From Verrucomicrobiota bacterium (GTDB taxonomy: Bacteria > Verrucomicrobiota > Verrucomicrobiia > Limisphaerales > CANJSG01): a DNA stretch of 23,939 bases. The stretch lies in NCBI GenBank assembly GCA_038209745.1, contig JBBQXJ010000074.1, positions 1 through 23,939 of the forward strand, written 5' to 3'. The position numbers and the translations under genes are program-made. Within the stretch, counting starts at the first letter, position 1; each line of letters starts with the position of its first letter. The notes beneath the pieces were generated by a model. That model was not told the DNA's origin. It saw only the letters and a program-made list of their open reading frames with translations, and made no database searches. This document shows, piece by piece, positions 1 through 7,693 of this stretch.

Positions 1-111
1 CATGCTCTTGATGTGCGCTTGGGCGGCGAACTCCTTGGAAGGCTTGAAGACGCGGGTCTCCTTCAGATGGGACTCGATGTTGTTCGACGCGGCAGATTTT
101 TTGGCGGCCAT
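1..111 (-). CDS. acs: Acetyl-CoA synthetase, 5' end only (runs off the window)
   Basis: Manual translation from ATG at 111: MAAKKSAASNNIESHLKETRVFKPSKEFAAQAHIKSM, resembling the typical Acs N-terminus (IES.L.E.R.F.P..EF...AHI.S). Only 37 codons visible. Confidence 0.75.
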   Translation of the reverse strand, partial: MAAKKSAASNNIESHLKETRVFKPSKEFAAQAHIKSM

Positions 112-255
112 AAGTCTGTGTTTCTCGGGGAAATTGTAGGCCGAGTCTGCGGACGGAACACGCCGTGGGTCAAGGGCGTGGCCACCACTGAAACGGGCTT
201 GAGAAGCGGGAACGGCGGCGGCCATAGGGGAATGGCGTTCCGTGTCGCGCCTCCA

Positions 256-285
256 TTGACGCCCGCCGGGGGTTTTCCCTAGCTT
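256..285 (+). promoter_or_regulatory. Putative sigma70 promoter for rpe (TTGACG-18-TAGCTT)
   Basis: TTGACG 256-261, TAGCTT 280-285, ATG 10 nt after the -10 box. Confidence 0.5.
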
Positions 286-295
286 CTGCGAAGAC

Positions 296-1006
296 ATGAT
301 GATCATCGCGCCCTCCCTGCTCGCCGCCGATTTCAGCCGCTTTGGCCGGGAAGCGGCGCGTGTCGAGAAAGCCGGGGCCGAATGGCTCCATCTCGACATC
401 ATGGACGGGCACTTCGTCCCGAACATCTCCTTCGGCCCCGAAGTCGTGCGCGTGCTACGGCCGCTGGTGAAGTCCTTCTTCGACGTGCATCTCATGTGCT
501 CCAAGCCCGAGATCCTGCTCGAATCCTTCGCCAAGGCCGGCGCCGACCAGATCATTATCCACGCCGAACTGGGCGAAAAGGTGGTGGAACAGCTCGTCTG
601 GAAGATCCGTTCCCTCGGCAAGAAAGTCGGTCTCGCCATCAACCCGCCCACGCCCGTGCAGGTGCTCGACAAGATGCTCTCGCCCAAGATCGATCTCGTG
701 CTCGTCATGACGGTCAACCCCGGCTTCGGCGGCCAGTCGTTCATCCGCGAATGCCTCCCGAAGGTCGAGCAGGTGGCCAAGTGGAGGAAGCAGCGCGGAC
801 TGAACTACCGCATCGAAGTGGACGGCGGCATCAAGTTCGACACCGCCGCCGAATGCGCGGCCGTCGGGGCGGACACCTTCGTCAGCGGCACCGGCCTCTT
901 CGGCGAAAAGAGCCTGGGCGGAGCCGTGAAGAAGATGCGCCGAGTGGCCCAGGAAGCGGCCGACAAGGCCAAGGAATTGGCGAAGAACGGGAAAGAGCTG
1001 CTTTAG
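296..1006 (+). CDS. rpe: Ribulose-phosphate 3-epimerase
   Basis: IAPSLLAADF, HLDIMDGHFVPN, DVHLM, MTVNPGFGGQ, IEVDGG motifs. Confidence 0.97.
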   Translation: MMIIAPSLLAADFSRFGREAARVEKAGAEWLHLDIMDGHFVPNISFGPEVVRVLRPLVKSFFDVHLMCSKPEILLESFAKAGADQIIIHAELGEKVVEQLVWKIRSLGKKVGLAINPPTPVQVLDKMLSPKIDLVLVMTVNPGFGGQSFIRECLPKVEQVAKWRKQRGLNYRIEVDGGIKFDTAAECAAVGADTFVSGTGLFGEKSLGGAVKKMRRVAQEAADKAKELAKNGKELL

Positions 1007-1022
1007 AAATCCAACGAGCGTT

Positions 1023-1307
1023 ATGCGCCGCCTGATCATTGCGTTCTTTTCCGGTCTTCTGCTGGCTTCATTGTATTTCGTATTTCTGGTGTTTCCACGA
1101 TACGCCCAAGAGAAGGCCGAGTTTTGGAAGAAGCAGGGCGAAATCAGCACCAAATTGGAGTTGATGGACAGGGTTGCGAAGACGTTGGGTGACGATTATC
1201 GAGGATCGGATGGCTATAACACATTCTTTGAGGTCAAGGCGGACGCTGTCGTCGTGGTTGAGCGCGATGGTGTGAAGACGTTGAGGAACTTTGTTGGCGG
1301 CCGTTGA
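1023..1307 (+). CDS. Small hypothetical protein with one N-terminal TM helix, AT-richer than the flanks
   Basis: 94-aa ORF fills the rpe-pgm gap in the same orientation; hydrophobic LIIAFFSGLLLASLYFVFLVF; more A/T-ending codons. Confidence 0.65.
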   Translation: MRRLIIAFFSGLLLASLYFVFLVFPRYAQEKAEFWKKQGEISTKLELMDRVAKTLGDDYRGSDGYNTFFEVKADAVVVVERDGVKTLRNFVGGR

Positions 1308-1333
1308 AGGTTCGGCACCTCCACCCACCAAAC

Positions 1334-2752
1334 ATGCCCCAGATCAAATTCGGCACCGACGGTTGGCGCGCGGTCATCGCGGAGGACTTCACCTTCGCCA
1401 ACGTGGAACGGGTCGCCCAGGCCACGGCGGACGCGTGGACGGCAAATCCTCCGGCCGGCACCCAGCCTCTGGCCGTCGTCGGCTATGACCGACGCTTCCT
1501 TTCCGACCAGTTCGGGGCCCGGGTGGCGGAGGTGTTCGCGGGGAACGGCTTCAAGGTGGTGCTCTCCGATTCGCCGGTCCCGACTCCGGCCGTCTCGTAT
1601 GCGGTGAAGGCCCACCGCGCGGCCGGCGGCGTGATGATCACGGCGAGCCACAATCCACCCGCGTTCAACGGCTACAAGATCAAGGCCTGGTTTGGCGGTG
1701 CGGCCGATCCGGTGCTGTGCCAAGCGGTGGAGCGGAGGCTCGGTGCGTCGCCGGTCCGAGCGCTGCCATTGGCCGGCGCGATCAAGGCGCGGCAGGTCGT
1801 TCTCATGGATCTCCGGCGCCCCCACTACGCGGCCATCAAACGACTGGTGGACTTCAAGCTCATCGCCGCTTCCGGGCTGCGGTTCGCCCATGAAGCGCTC
1901 TTCGGCGTTGGCGCCGGATGCTTCGACGAACTTCTCGCCGGCACCACGTGCCGGGTGACGACGCTCAACGCCGCGCACGACGTGAACTTCGGCGGGATCA
2001 ATCCCGAGCCGTTGGCCAGGAACTACGTCCGCAGCGCCGCGTATCTGAAGAAGCACCCGCACGATCTCTGTCTCGTGACCGACGGCGACGCGGACCGGAT
2101 CGGCGGCATGGACGGGCGCGGCAACGCCCTCAGCACCCACCAGATCATCTGCCTGCTGCTCCGGCACTACGTGGTGAATCGCGGCCTGACCGGACGGGTG
2201 GTCAAGGCGCTGACCACCACGTCGATGGTCGACAAGCTCTGCGCGAAATACGGCCTGCCGCTGACCGAGACCGGGGTGGGCTTCAAGTTTATCAGCACCG
2301 AACTGTTGGAAGGCGACGTGCTCCTCGGCGCGGAGGAGAGCGGCGGCATCGGTTTCCCCGGCCACATTCCCGAGCGCGACGGCATCCTCGCCGGACTGGT
2401 GCTGCTGGAGATGTTGGCGATGGAGAAGAAGCCGTTGACCACTTTGTTGGCCGGCTTGGAGAAGGAATTTGGCCCGCACCGTTACGGCCGGATCGATACC
2501 CGTTTCCCGCTGGAGAAACGGGCTGCGCTGATGGCGTTCTGCGCGGCCCATCCCCCGGCCAAGCTCCTGAAATCCTCGGTGGTCGACGTGAAGACCTACG
2601 ACGGGGTGAAGTTCATCGCCGCCGATGGGTCCTGGCTGATGTTGCGGGGTTCCGGCACCGAACCGATCCTCCGGATCTATGCCGAGACCCGGTCCGACGC
2701 CGGCGTGAAAGCGCTGCTCAAGTCAGGAGTGGCCATGACGAAAAAGGTCTAG
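1334..2752 (+). CDS. Phosphoglucomutase/phosphomannomutase family protein
   Basis: IKFGTDGWR, phosphoserine motif TASHNP, metal loop DGDADR, AEESGG, RGSGTEP; start at ATG 1334 (MPQIKFGTDG). Confidence 0.95.
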   Translation: MPQIKFGTDGWRAVIAEDFTFANVERVAQATADAWTANPPAGTQPLAVVGYDRRFLSDQFGARVAEVFAGNGFKVVLSDSPVPTPAVSYAVKAHRAAGGVMITASHNPPAFNGYKIKAWFGGAADPVLCQAVERRLGASPVRALPLAGAIKARQVVLMDLRRPHYAAIKRLVDFKLIAASGLRFAHEALFGVGAGCFDELLAGTTCRVTTLNAAHDVNFGGINPEPLARNYVRSAAYLKKHPHDLCLVTDGDADRIGGMDGRGNALSTHQIICLLLRHYVVNRGLTGRVVKALTTTSMVDKLCAKYGLPLTETGVGFKFISTELLEGDVLLGAEESGGIGFPGHIPERDGILAGLVLLEMLAMEKKPLTTLLAGLEKEFGPHRYGRIDTRFPLEKRAALMAFCAAHPPAKLLKSSVVDVKTYDGVKFIAADGSWLMLRGSGTEPILRIYAETRSDAGVKALLKSGVAMTKKV

Positions 2753-2851
2753 CACCAAGGAGTTCGGTCGTCGGCGCGGGAAGGGGGAACTTTTCGCTCA
2801 AGTAATCCGGACCGATGCCGATACCCGAGTGGCTCCAAAGGCCATTTTACC

Positions 2852-3406
2852 ATGCTGACCATTCTCGCTATCGCCGCCACTGCTTGGGGAAGCCTGTTGT
2901 TCGCCGCCTGGTCTCTCGCCCGCGCCAATCGTCTTGAAGGCGGTATCGAAGAGGCCTTGGCCTTCGCCACCGCAGCGCCTGCGTTCGCGATGTCCCTGAG
3001 GGAAACCGCGCAGCCGATCCCGACGACTGGCCCGAAACGCACCGTCTTTGTGGTGGACGACGATCCGGGCGTGCTGGAACTGGTCACCGAGGTGTTGAAG
3101 ATCCAGGGCTTCACGGTCCGTGGCTTCACCGATCCGGTCGAGGCGCTCAATGATTTCAAGGCCGAACACGGCGACGACGACCTGCTGGTGACCGACTACC
3201 GGATGGAGCGGATGACCGGGCTCGAACTGATAAAAGGGTGTCGCGTCGAATGCCCGAGCCTCCGCTCCGTGGTCATCTCCGGCATCCGCGAAGAGGACGA
3301 GTTGGCCCGTATTCCCCTCGAATCCGATCGTTTCCTGGCCAAGCCCTTCAGCGTTCACGCGCTCATGGAGTCGATCGACTCGACCCTGGCCTTGGCCAAG
3401 AACTGA
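2852..3406 (+). CDS. Response regulator receiver (CheY-like) domain protein with N-terminal hydrophobic helix
   Basis: VFVVDDD, LVTDYRM (phospho-Asp), VISG, LAKPF; hydrophobic first ~24 aa; start uncertain. Confidence 0.85.
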   Translation: MLTILAIAATAWGSLLFAAWSLARANRLEGGIEEALAFATAAPAFAMSLRETAQPIPTTGPKRTVFVVDDDPGVLELVTEVLKIQGFTVRGFTDPVEALNDFKAEHGDDDLLVTDYRMERMTGLELIKGCRVECPSLRSVVISGIREEDELARIPLESDRFLAKPFSVHALMESIDSTLALAKN

Positions 3407-3421
3407 GGTCTCCCGTTTCTC

Positions 3422-3464
3422 AAGGCCCCGCCCGGCTTTCGCGCCGTTGGCGGGGCTTCTTTTT
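3422..3464 (+). terminator. Rho-independent terminator
   Basis: gccccgcc-cggc / gccg-ggcggggc stem followed by ttcttttt, just after the receiver gene. Confidence 0.75.
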
Positions 3465-3505
3465 GCCTTGGCCGCGCCGGTGGCTGCCGCATCGTCGGCG
3501 CACTG

Positions 3506-4036
3506 ATGAAGACTGAATCCCTGCACTTCGGGATGCGCGTGCGGCATCCGCAATACGGCGTCGGCACCGTCAAAAGCATTTCCGAGCACACGGCGGACAT
3601 CCGCTTCGAGGACCTGGTCCGGACGGTTTCGCCCGAGACCGGCGGACTGGAGCCGGCGGAGCCGCAAATCTCCGTCCAGAATCTGGAGCTGCCGTTGTCG
3701 GTGCTGATCTCCGAAACGGTCCAACGCGTGATCGAAGAGCTCGGATTGGAGCGCCCCGGCTCCGTGGTCGAACAGCTCGGGGCCCGCTGGCGGAATGGGA
3801 ACGTCCTTCTCAAGTCGGGCGATGGATCGACCCAGCCGAAGGAGATCCCGTTGGAGACGTTTTTCCACAAGATCGTGATGGTAAGGGATAGACTAAGGGT
3901 GCTGGAACAGAAGGTGAACGGCCACCCAGTTTTGACCGATGCAGAGAAAGTGGAGATGCAGCAATACGTCACTCGCTGCTACGGATCACTGACGACGTTC
4001 AATATCCTTTTCAAGGAGAAGGAGGACCATTTTTGA
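3506..4036 (+). CDS. Conserved hypothetical protein (N-terminal Tudor/SH3-like RVRHPQYGVGTV module, helical C-terminal domain); 3' end appears supplied by an insert
   Basis: 176-aa ORF with host-like codons up to ~3882, then AGG/AGA/CTA/GTA-type codons; C-terminal part duplicated at 5300-5479. Confidence 0.85.
   Translation: MKTESLHFGMRVRHPQYGVGTVKSISEHTADIRFEDLVRTVSPETGGLEPAEPQISVQNLELPLSVLISETVQRVIEELGLERPGSVVEQLGARWRNGNVLLKSGDGSTQPKEIPLETFFHKIVMVRDRLRVLEQKVNGHPVLTDAEKVEMQQYVTRCYGSLTTFNILFKEKEDHF
3981..4033 (+). repeat. 53-bp perfect direct repeat, copy 1
   Basis: acggatcactgacgacgttcaatatccttttcaaggagaaggaggaccatttt, identical to 5215-5267. Confidence 0.95.
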
Positions 4037-4067
4037 TGGTTCTGAATGGGAGAACGAAAAAAATGAA

Positions 4068-4442
4068 ATGGAGTGGTATGCCCTTTTTAAATATCGGACC
4101 CAACTTTTCTTCCGACTCACGCCCTCCAAAAATCGCGAAAAATTTCAATTTCCAACCCTTGCGGTCTACTCGCCGAGATCTACCCGCTTCAAAATTGTGA
4201 AATCTAGAAGACGACCGAGGTGAGGCTCACTTTTTGAACTTAGACTGCGGGGTGTCCACGTCGGAAATCCGGAGTTCAATTTCACGATGGCGATTGCGAG
4301 TGCCCAAGAGAAGCTTGCGGAGCAAGCAAGAGGGTTCCTTTCCGTTGCCTTCCAGTCAAAAGACGGAATTGCCATCAAGATGAGGGCGCTGGAAGATCCG
4401 ATGCTGGCCAGTGTTTGGGTGCTGCCTAATCGGGAAAGGTAG
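4068..4442 (+). pseudogene. Possible degraded cargo ORF with in-frame TGA at 4221-4223
   Basis: Single frame MEWYALFKYR...RRPR*GSLFELRLRGVHVGNPEFNFTMAIASAQEKLAEQARGFLSVAFQ...NRER*; no family recognised. Confidence 0.25.
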
Positions 4443-4512
4443 ACCCGAATAGACCGTTGCGAATCAAAGTCAAAACACATAATAATAAGACGCGACTGTA
4501 AGAGCACATCAC

Positions 4513-5115
4513 ATGAATGTATTTATCTTCAAGCATTTCAACGAACTTTTTGGGAAGCTCATTGTCACAAACATTCAGGAAATTCCTGAACGAATAGCGC
4601 ATTACCACAGACACAATAAACCAATTCCATTACATTCTTACGTTCAAGCGGGTGGCCAATACTGGACTGTCATTTCCGTTGAGCCAATTAAGTTACAGGA
4701 CGGCCGATTGGAAAATGATGATTTTGAAAGTCGCCAATCGCAACAAATAATTGATTCTGAGCAACGTCGCCAGGATGCTGAGCAACGTCGCCAGATTACG
4801 GTCGAGCAGATTCGCTCTCAGCTTACTAATTCACTCGCGATACTGCTCGTGAAGTATGTTAATTCAACAATCCGAATTAACTATCATCGCCCTGACTCCT
4901 GTGACGAGGCAACGCTGGTATCCATTACAGACGATTTCTTCACCGCTGAGATTCGACAACATCTGCCGCAGCGGCGTGAGTTTGTGCATGTTCCACTCAA
5001 TCAAATAATGCAAATCGTTGATGTGACAGGATTTCCTCCTTTTATAGCGATTGCGCAGCTTGTCATATACAAGAACAAGGGCGCGATGGGCATTGGAGTT
5101 TCATTTCCAATTTGA
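4513..5115 (+). CDS. Hypothetical cargo protein (AT-rich)
   Basis: 200-aa ORF in AT-richer DNA, where long ORFs are less likely by chance; Q/E/R-rich linker; ends LVIYKNKGAMGIGVSFPI. Confidence 0.7.
   Translation: MNVFIFKHFNELFGKLIVTNIQEIPERIAHYHRHNKPIPLHSYVQAGGQYWTVISVEPIKLQDGRLENDDFESRQSQQIIDSEQRRQDAEQRRQITVEQIRSQLTNSLAILLVKYVNSTIRINYHRPDSCDEATLVSITDDFFTAEIRQHLPQRREFVHVPLNQIMQIVDVTGFPPFIAIAQLVIYKNKGAMGIGVSFPI
4753..4794 (+). repeat. 21-bp tandem duplication (2 copies, 1 mismatch) within the cargo ORF
   Basis: gattctgagcaacgtcgccag / gatgctgagcaacgtcgccag, encoding DSEQRRQ / DAEQRRQ. Confidence 0.85.
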
Positions 5116-5214
5116 GGGCAATGCATAAGAATTGTTTTTCAGCCGAGCCAGCAAGTCGAGAGAACCGCCATGTCACATACGTGACCCCGTCTTATTTTTC
5201 TTCCACCGTTTACA

Positions 5215-5267
5215 ACGGATCACTGACGACGTTCAATATCCTTTTCAAGGAGAAGGAGGACCATTTT
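5215..5267 (+). repeat. 53-bp perfect direct repeat, copy 2
   Basis: Identical to 3981-4033; followed by GGA where copy 1 has the TGA stop. Confidence 0.95.
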
Positions 5268-5299
5268 GGAAACTACCCAACAGATGGTTCCTCTGGCTG

Positions 5300-5479
5300 G
5301 TGATGGTCCGGAACAACCTCCGGGTGCTGGAACAGAAGATCAACGCCCACCCAGTTTTGACCGATGCCGACAAGGTGGAGCTCCAGCAATACGTCACCCG
5401 AAGCTACGGATCGCTGACGACCTTCAACGTCCTGTTCAAGATCGAAGGCGACAAGTTCCGCGGAGCGAGCGAGGGGTAG
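5300..5479 (+). pseudogene. Displaced original 3' end of the 3506 gene
   Basis: [59 protein letters not shown]; 41/53 aa identical to the present C-terminus; host-like G/C-ending codons; stop is 7 bp from the convergent gene's stop. Confidence 0.85.
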
Positions 5480-5486
5480 ATCGACC

Positions 5487-6254
5487 TCACCGCGCCGGGC
5501 CGGTGACGTCCTGGAGGCGTCGCGTTTCGATGAACTTCTTCAACTCGTCCTTGCTGCTGAGGAACCGCATCGTATCCACGATGAGGGAGACCCCGGCGGG
5601 ATCGCTGATCCAGTCCATGGACAGTTTGGCGCATTCCATCCGGCGTTCGTCGAAGGTGAAGAGGGTGAGGATTTCGGCGGTCTGCTGGCAGGTCAATCGG
5701 CCACGGAGGCCCCTGTCCTGGAGGCGCATCTTGGCCATCTTGGCGTCGTCGAACGGTTCCTTGCGGAGCGATTCGAGGATGCCGGCCAGTTCCTCCGCGC
5801 CAACGGGGGCGGGCCGGGAGATCACCGGTGGCCCGCCGACGGGTGGAACGGGACGACGCATCGCGGTCAAACGGTCATGGAGCCGGAAGACCTTGGAGAA
5901 CGTCTCGAAGGCGTCGTAGACGTCGTAGAAGTTTTCCGGGTCCGCGACATGGGGAAAGGCGGCGGCGGCGAATTCGATCCGCTCGTCCTCGTCGTCGATC
6001 TCCTTCGCCAGTCGCTTCACCTGTTGGCTGGAAAGGGTGCGCTTGAAGAAGCTGAGTTCGGCCCGCCGCATGCGCTCGGCCCGGTCGGGGGCGGCCTTCC
6101 ATTCCGAGACTCCGCGTTCGAACTCCGCGTCGGCCGGTTTGGTGTTCTCCGGCTCGGCGCCCTGGACACTCGGAGCGATCAACGAAAGGACGAGGAGAAT
6201 GACGGCCGTCCACCCGGGCCCGGTGACGCGGTGGATCAAGGAACAGGTTTTCAT
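5487..6254 (-). CDS. Exported protein with two DUF4476-like domains
   Basis: Signal-peptide-like N-terminus (WTAVILLVLSLIAPSVQGA); two repeats of the LS/T..Q......F..D.ER.E.A......DP pattern joined by a Pro-rich linker. Confidence 0.75.
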   Translation of the reverse strand: MKTCSLIHRVTGPGWTAVILLVLSLIAPSVQGAEPENTKPADAEFERGVSEWKAAPDRAERMRRAELSFFKRTLSSQQVKRLAKEIDDEDERIEFAAAAFPHVADPENFYDVYDAFETFSKVFRLHDRLTAMRRPVPPVGGPPVISRPAPVGAEELAGILESLRKEPFDDAKMAKMRLQDRGLRGRLTCQQTAEILTLFTFDERRMECAKLSMDWISDPAGVSLIVDTMRFLSSKDELKKFIETRRLQDVTGPAR

Positions 6255-6297
6255 GGGGGTGGGTTGGATGTCGGACGGGCGGAGGGTAAGGAAGCGG

Positions 6298-7683
6298 TCA
6301 GCCTCCGGGAGCGGCGGCGGTCGTGGACAACCAACGCTGGGCGCCTTCGAGATCGTCAAATCTTCCCTCCAGCTGCGCTTCGTAGGCCGTCTTGAGGAGT
6401 TCGCCAAACGCCGGGCCGGCGGGAAGCCCTCGTTCCAGCAGATGCCGCCCGAGAAGGATCGGTTTGGGCGCTTCCGCCCGGACGCGGAGAACCGCCGCCC
6501 GCTCCAGCAGTTCCGTGACGCCGGCGGGAACGACGGCCGGTTTGGGCGGCCGACCCATGTGGTCGGCGGTCATCACGACACAGAGCCCGTTGATGTTCCC
6601 CGGCTCCAACCGTTTGGAAAGGCGACGCACGGCGTGATCGGTCCAAGCGCAGTGGCAGGACATGTGGTTGCGGATCAGCGGCGGAACGTGGTGGCGCAGG
6701 ATGTTCGGCAAACCGAGGCGATCAAAGAATGCTTCGGCTGGAGGGAGGCCGGCGGATTCATGGCCGGGAGAGACGATACGTTCTTGCCCGTGGCGCTCGG
6801 CCCTCGCGGTGGTCAGTGGCTTGCCGACGTCGTGCAGCAGCACCGCCAACGAATAGATCGCGCGGCCCGTGTCGTCGGCTTCCTGCCAGGCAGGCAGGGT
6901 CACGAGGGCGTCCAGACAATGGCCGGTGTGGACGAAGACATTCCCCTCCGGATGCCATTCGGGATCTTGTGGCGTCTCCACCATGGCCGCGAGTTCCGGA
7001 TAGTTCTCGAGCCAGCCGGAATCGGCGAGGAAGCGCAGGCCCAGCGAGGGCTTCGTGCTGCGGGTGGCCCATTTGAGCCATTCGTCGCGGACCCGCTCCA
7101 CGGCCAGTTCCGCGTGGGTGTGGCGGATGCTCCGGCAGAGCTCCAGCGTGCCGGGCGCGGCCACGAGCTGGAACCGAGCGGCGAACTGCATCCCGCGGAG
7201 CACGCGCAAGGGGTCCTCCGTGAAGGCGTCGCTGGTGTGGCGGAGAACGCCCTTCTCCAGGTCTGCCTTGCCGCCGAAGAAGTCGAGCGTCTCGCCGGAG
7301 CGCGGATCGAACATCAGGGCGTTGATCGTGAAGTCGCGGCGGGCCGCGGCTTCTTCCGGAGACAGACCGGGATCGAGCTCCACGCTGAAGCCTTTGTGGC
7401 CGGGCGCCGTCTTGGAATCACGCCGAGCGATGGAGAAATCGAACTGGGACTGGTCCGGCCCGGAGAGCTTGACCACGCCAAACGATTTGCCGACCAGATC
7501 GACCCGCCCCCACGGTTCCAAGGCGCGGACCAGCTCGGGATAGCCGAGCCCGAAGACCTCGATGTCGAAGTCCTTCACCGCTCGGCCCAGGAGGCCGTCC
7601 CGCACGCAGCCGCCGACGAGATACGCGCGCTTCAGCGCGGGCGTTTCGGTCAGGATGCGATGGAGCAGCGGAGGAAGATTCAC
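6298..7683 (-). CDS. cca: CCA tRNA nucleotidyltransferase / poly(A) polymerase family with HD domain
   Basis: LVGGCVRD..LG...KDFD, RRDFTINA, EDPLRVLR, HPEGNVFVHT, LLHDVGK; GTG start at 7683 inferred. Confidence 0.9.
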   Translation of the reverse strand: MNLPPLLHRILTETPALKRAYLVGGCVRDGLLGRAVKDFDIEVFGLGYPELVRALEPWGRVDLVGKSFGVVKLSGPDQSQFDFSIARRDSKTAPGHKGFSVELDPGLSPEEAAARRDFTINALMFDPRSGETLDFFGGKADLEKGVLRHTSDAFTEDPLRVLRGMQFAARFQLVAAPGTLELCRSIRHTHAELAVERVRDEWLKWATRSTKPSLGLRFLADSGWLENYPELAAMVETPQDPEWHPEGNVFVHTGHCLDALVTLPAWQEADDTGRAIYSLAVLLHDVGKPLTTARAERHGQERIVSPGHESAGLPPAEAFFDRLGLPNILRHHVPPLIRNHMSCHCAWTDHAVRRLSKRLEPGNINGLCVVMTADHMGRPPKPAVVPAGVTELLERAAVLRVRAEAPKPILLGRHLLERGLPAGPAFGELLKTAYEAQLEGRFDDLEGAQRWLSTTAAAPGG

Positions 7684-7693
7684 GACACGACCG

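Larger units (their letters stand above)
3883..5307. mobile_element. 1425-bp AT-richer insert with no visible recombinase, carrying a replacement 3' end for the target gene plus cargo
   Basis: Bounded by GTGATGGT at 3875-3882 and 5300-5307; in-silico removal joins 3506-3882 in frame to 5308-5479. Confidence 0.7.

Noticed and set aside
4221..4223. Selenocysteine or recoded TGA
   Set aside because: No redox motif context or evident SECIS hairpin; other genes in the window use TGA as stop.
4753..4794. CRISPR-like repeat
   Set aside because: Only two adjacent units with no spacer, in frame within a CDS; no cas genes.
3875..5479. Diversity-generating retroelement (VR/TR pair)
   Set aside because: Mismatches are not adenine-specific in either copy (many G/C, T/C, T/G differences), about half of the differing codons are synonymous, and no reverse transcriptase is in the window.
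5112..5479. ORFs 5112-5303 and 5132-5479 as real genes
   Set aside because: They are chance fusions of spacer DNA with the duplicated gene-tail fragments.
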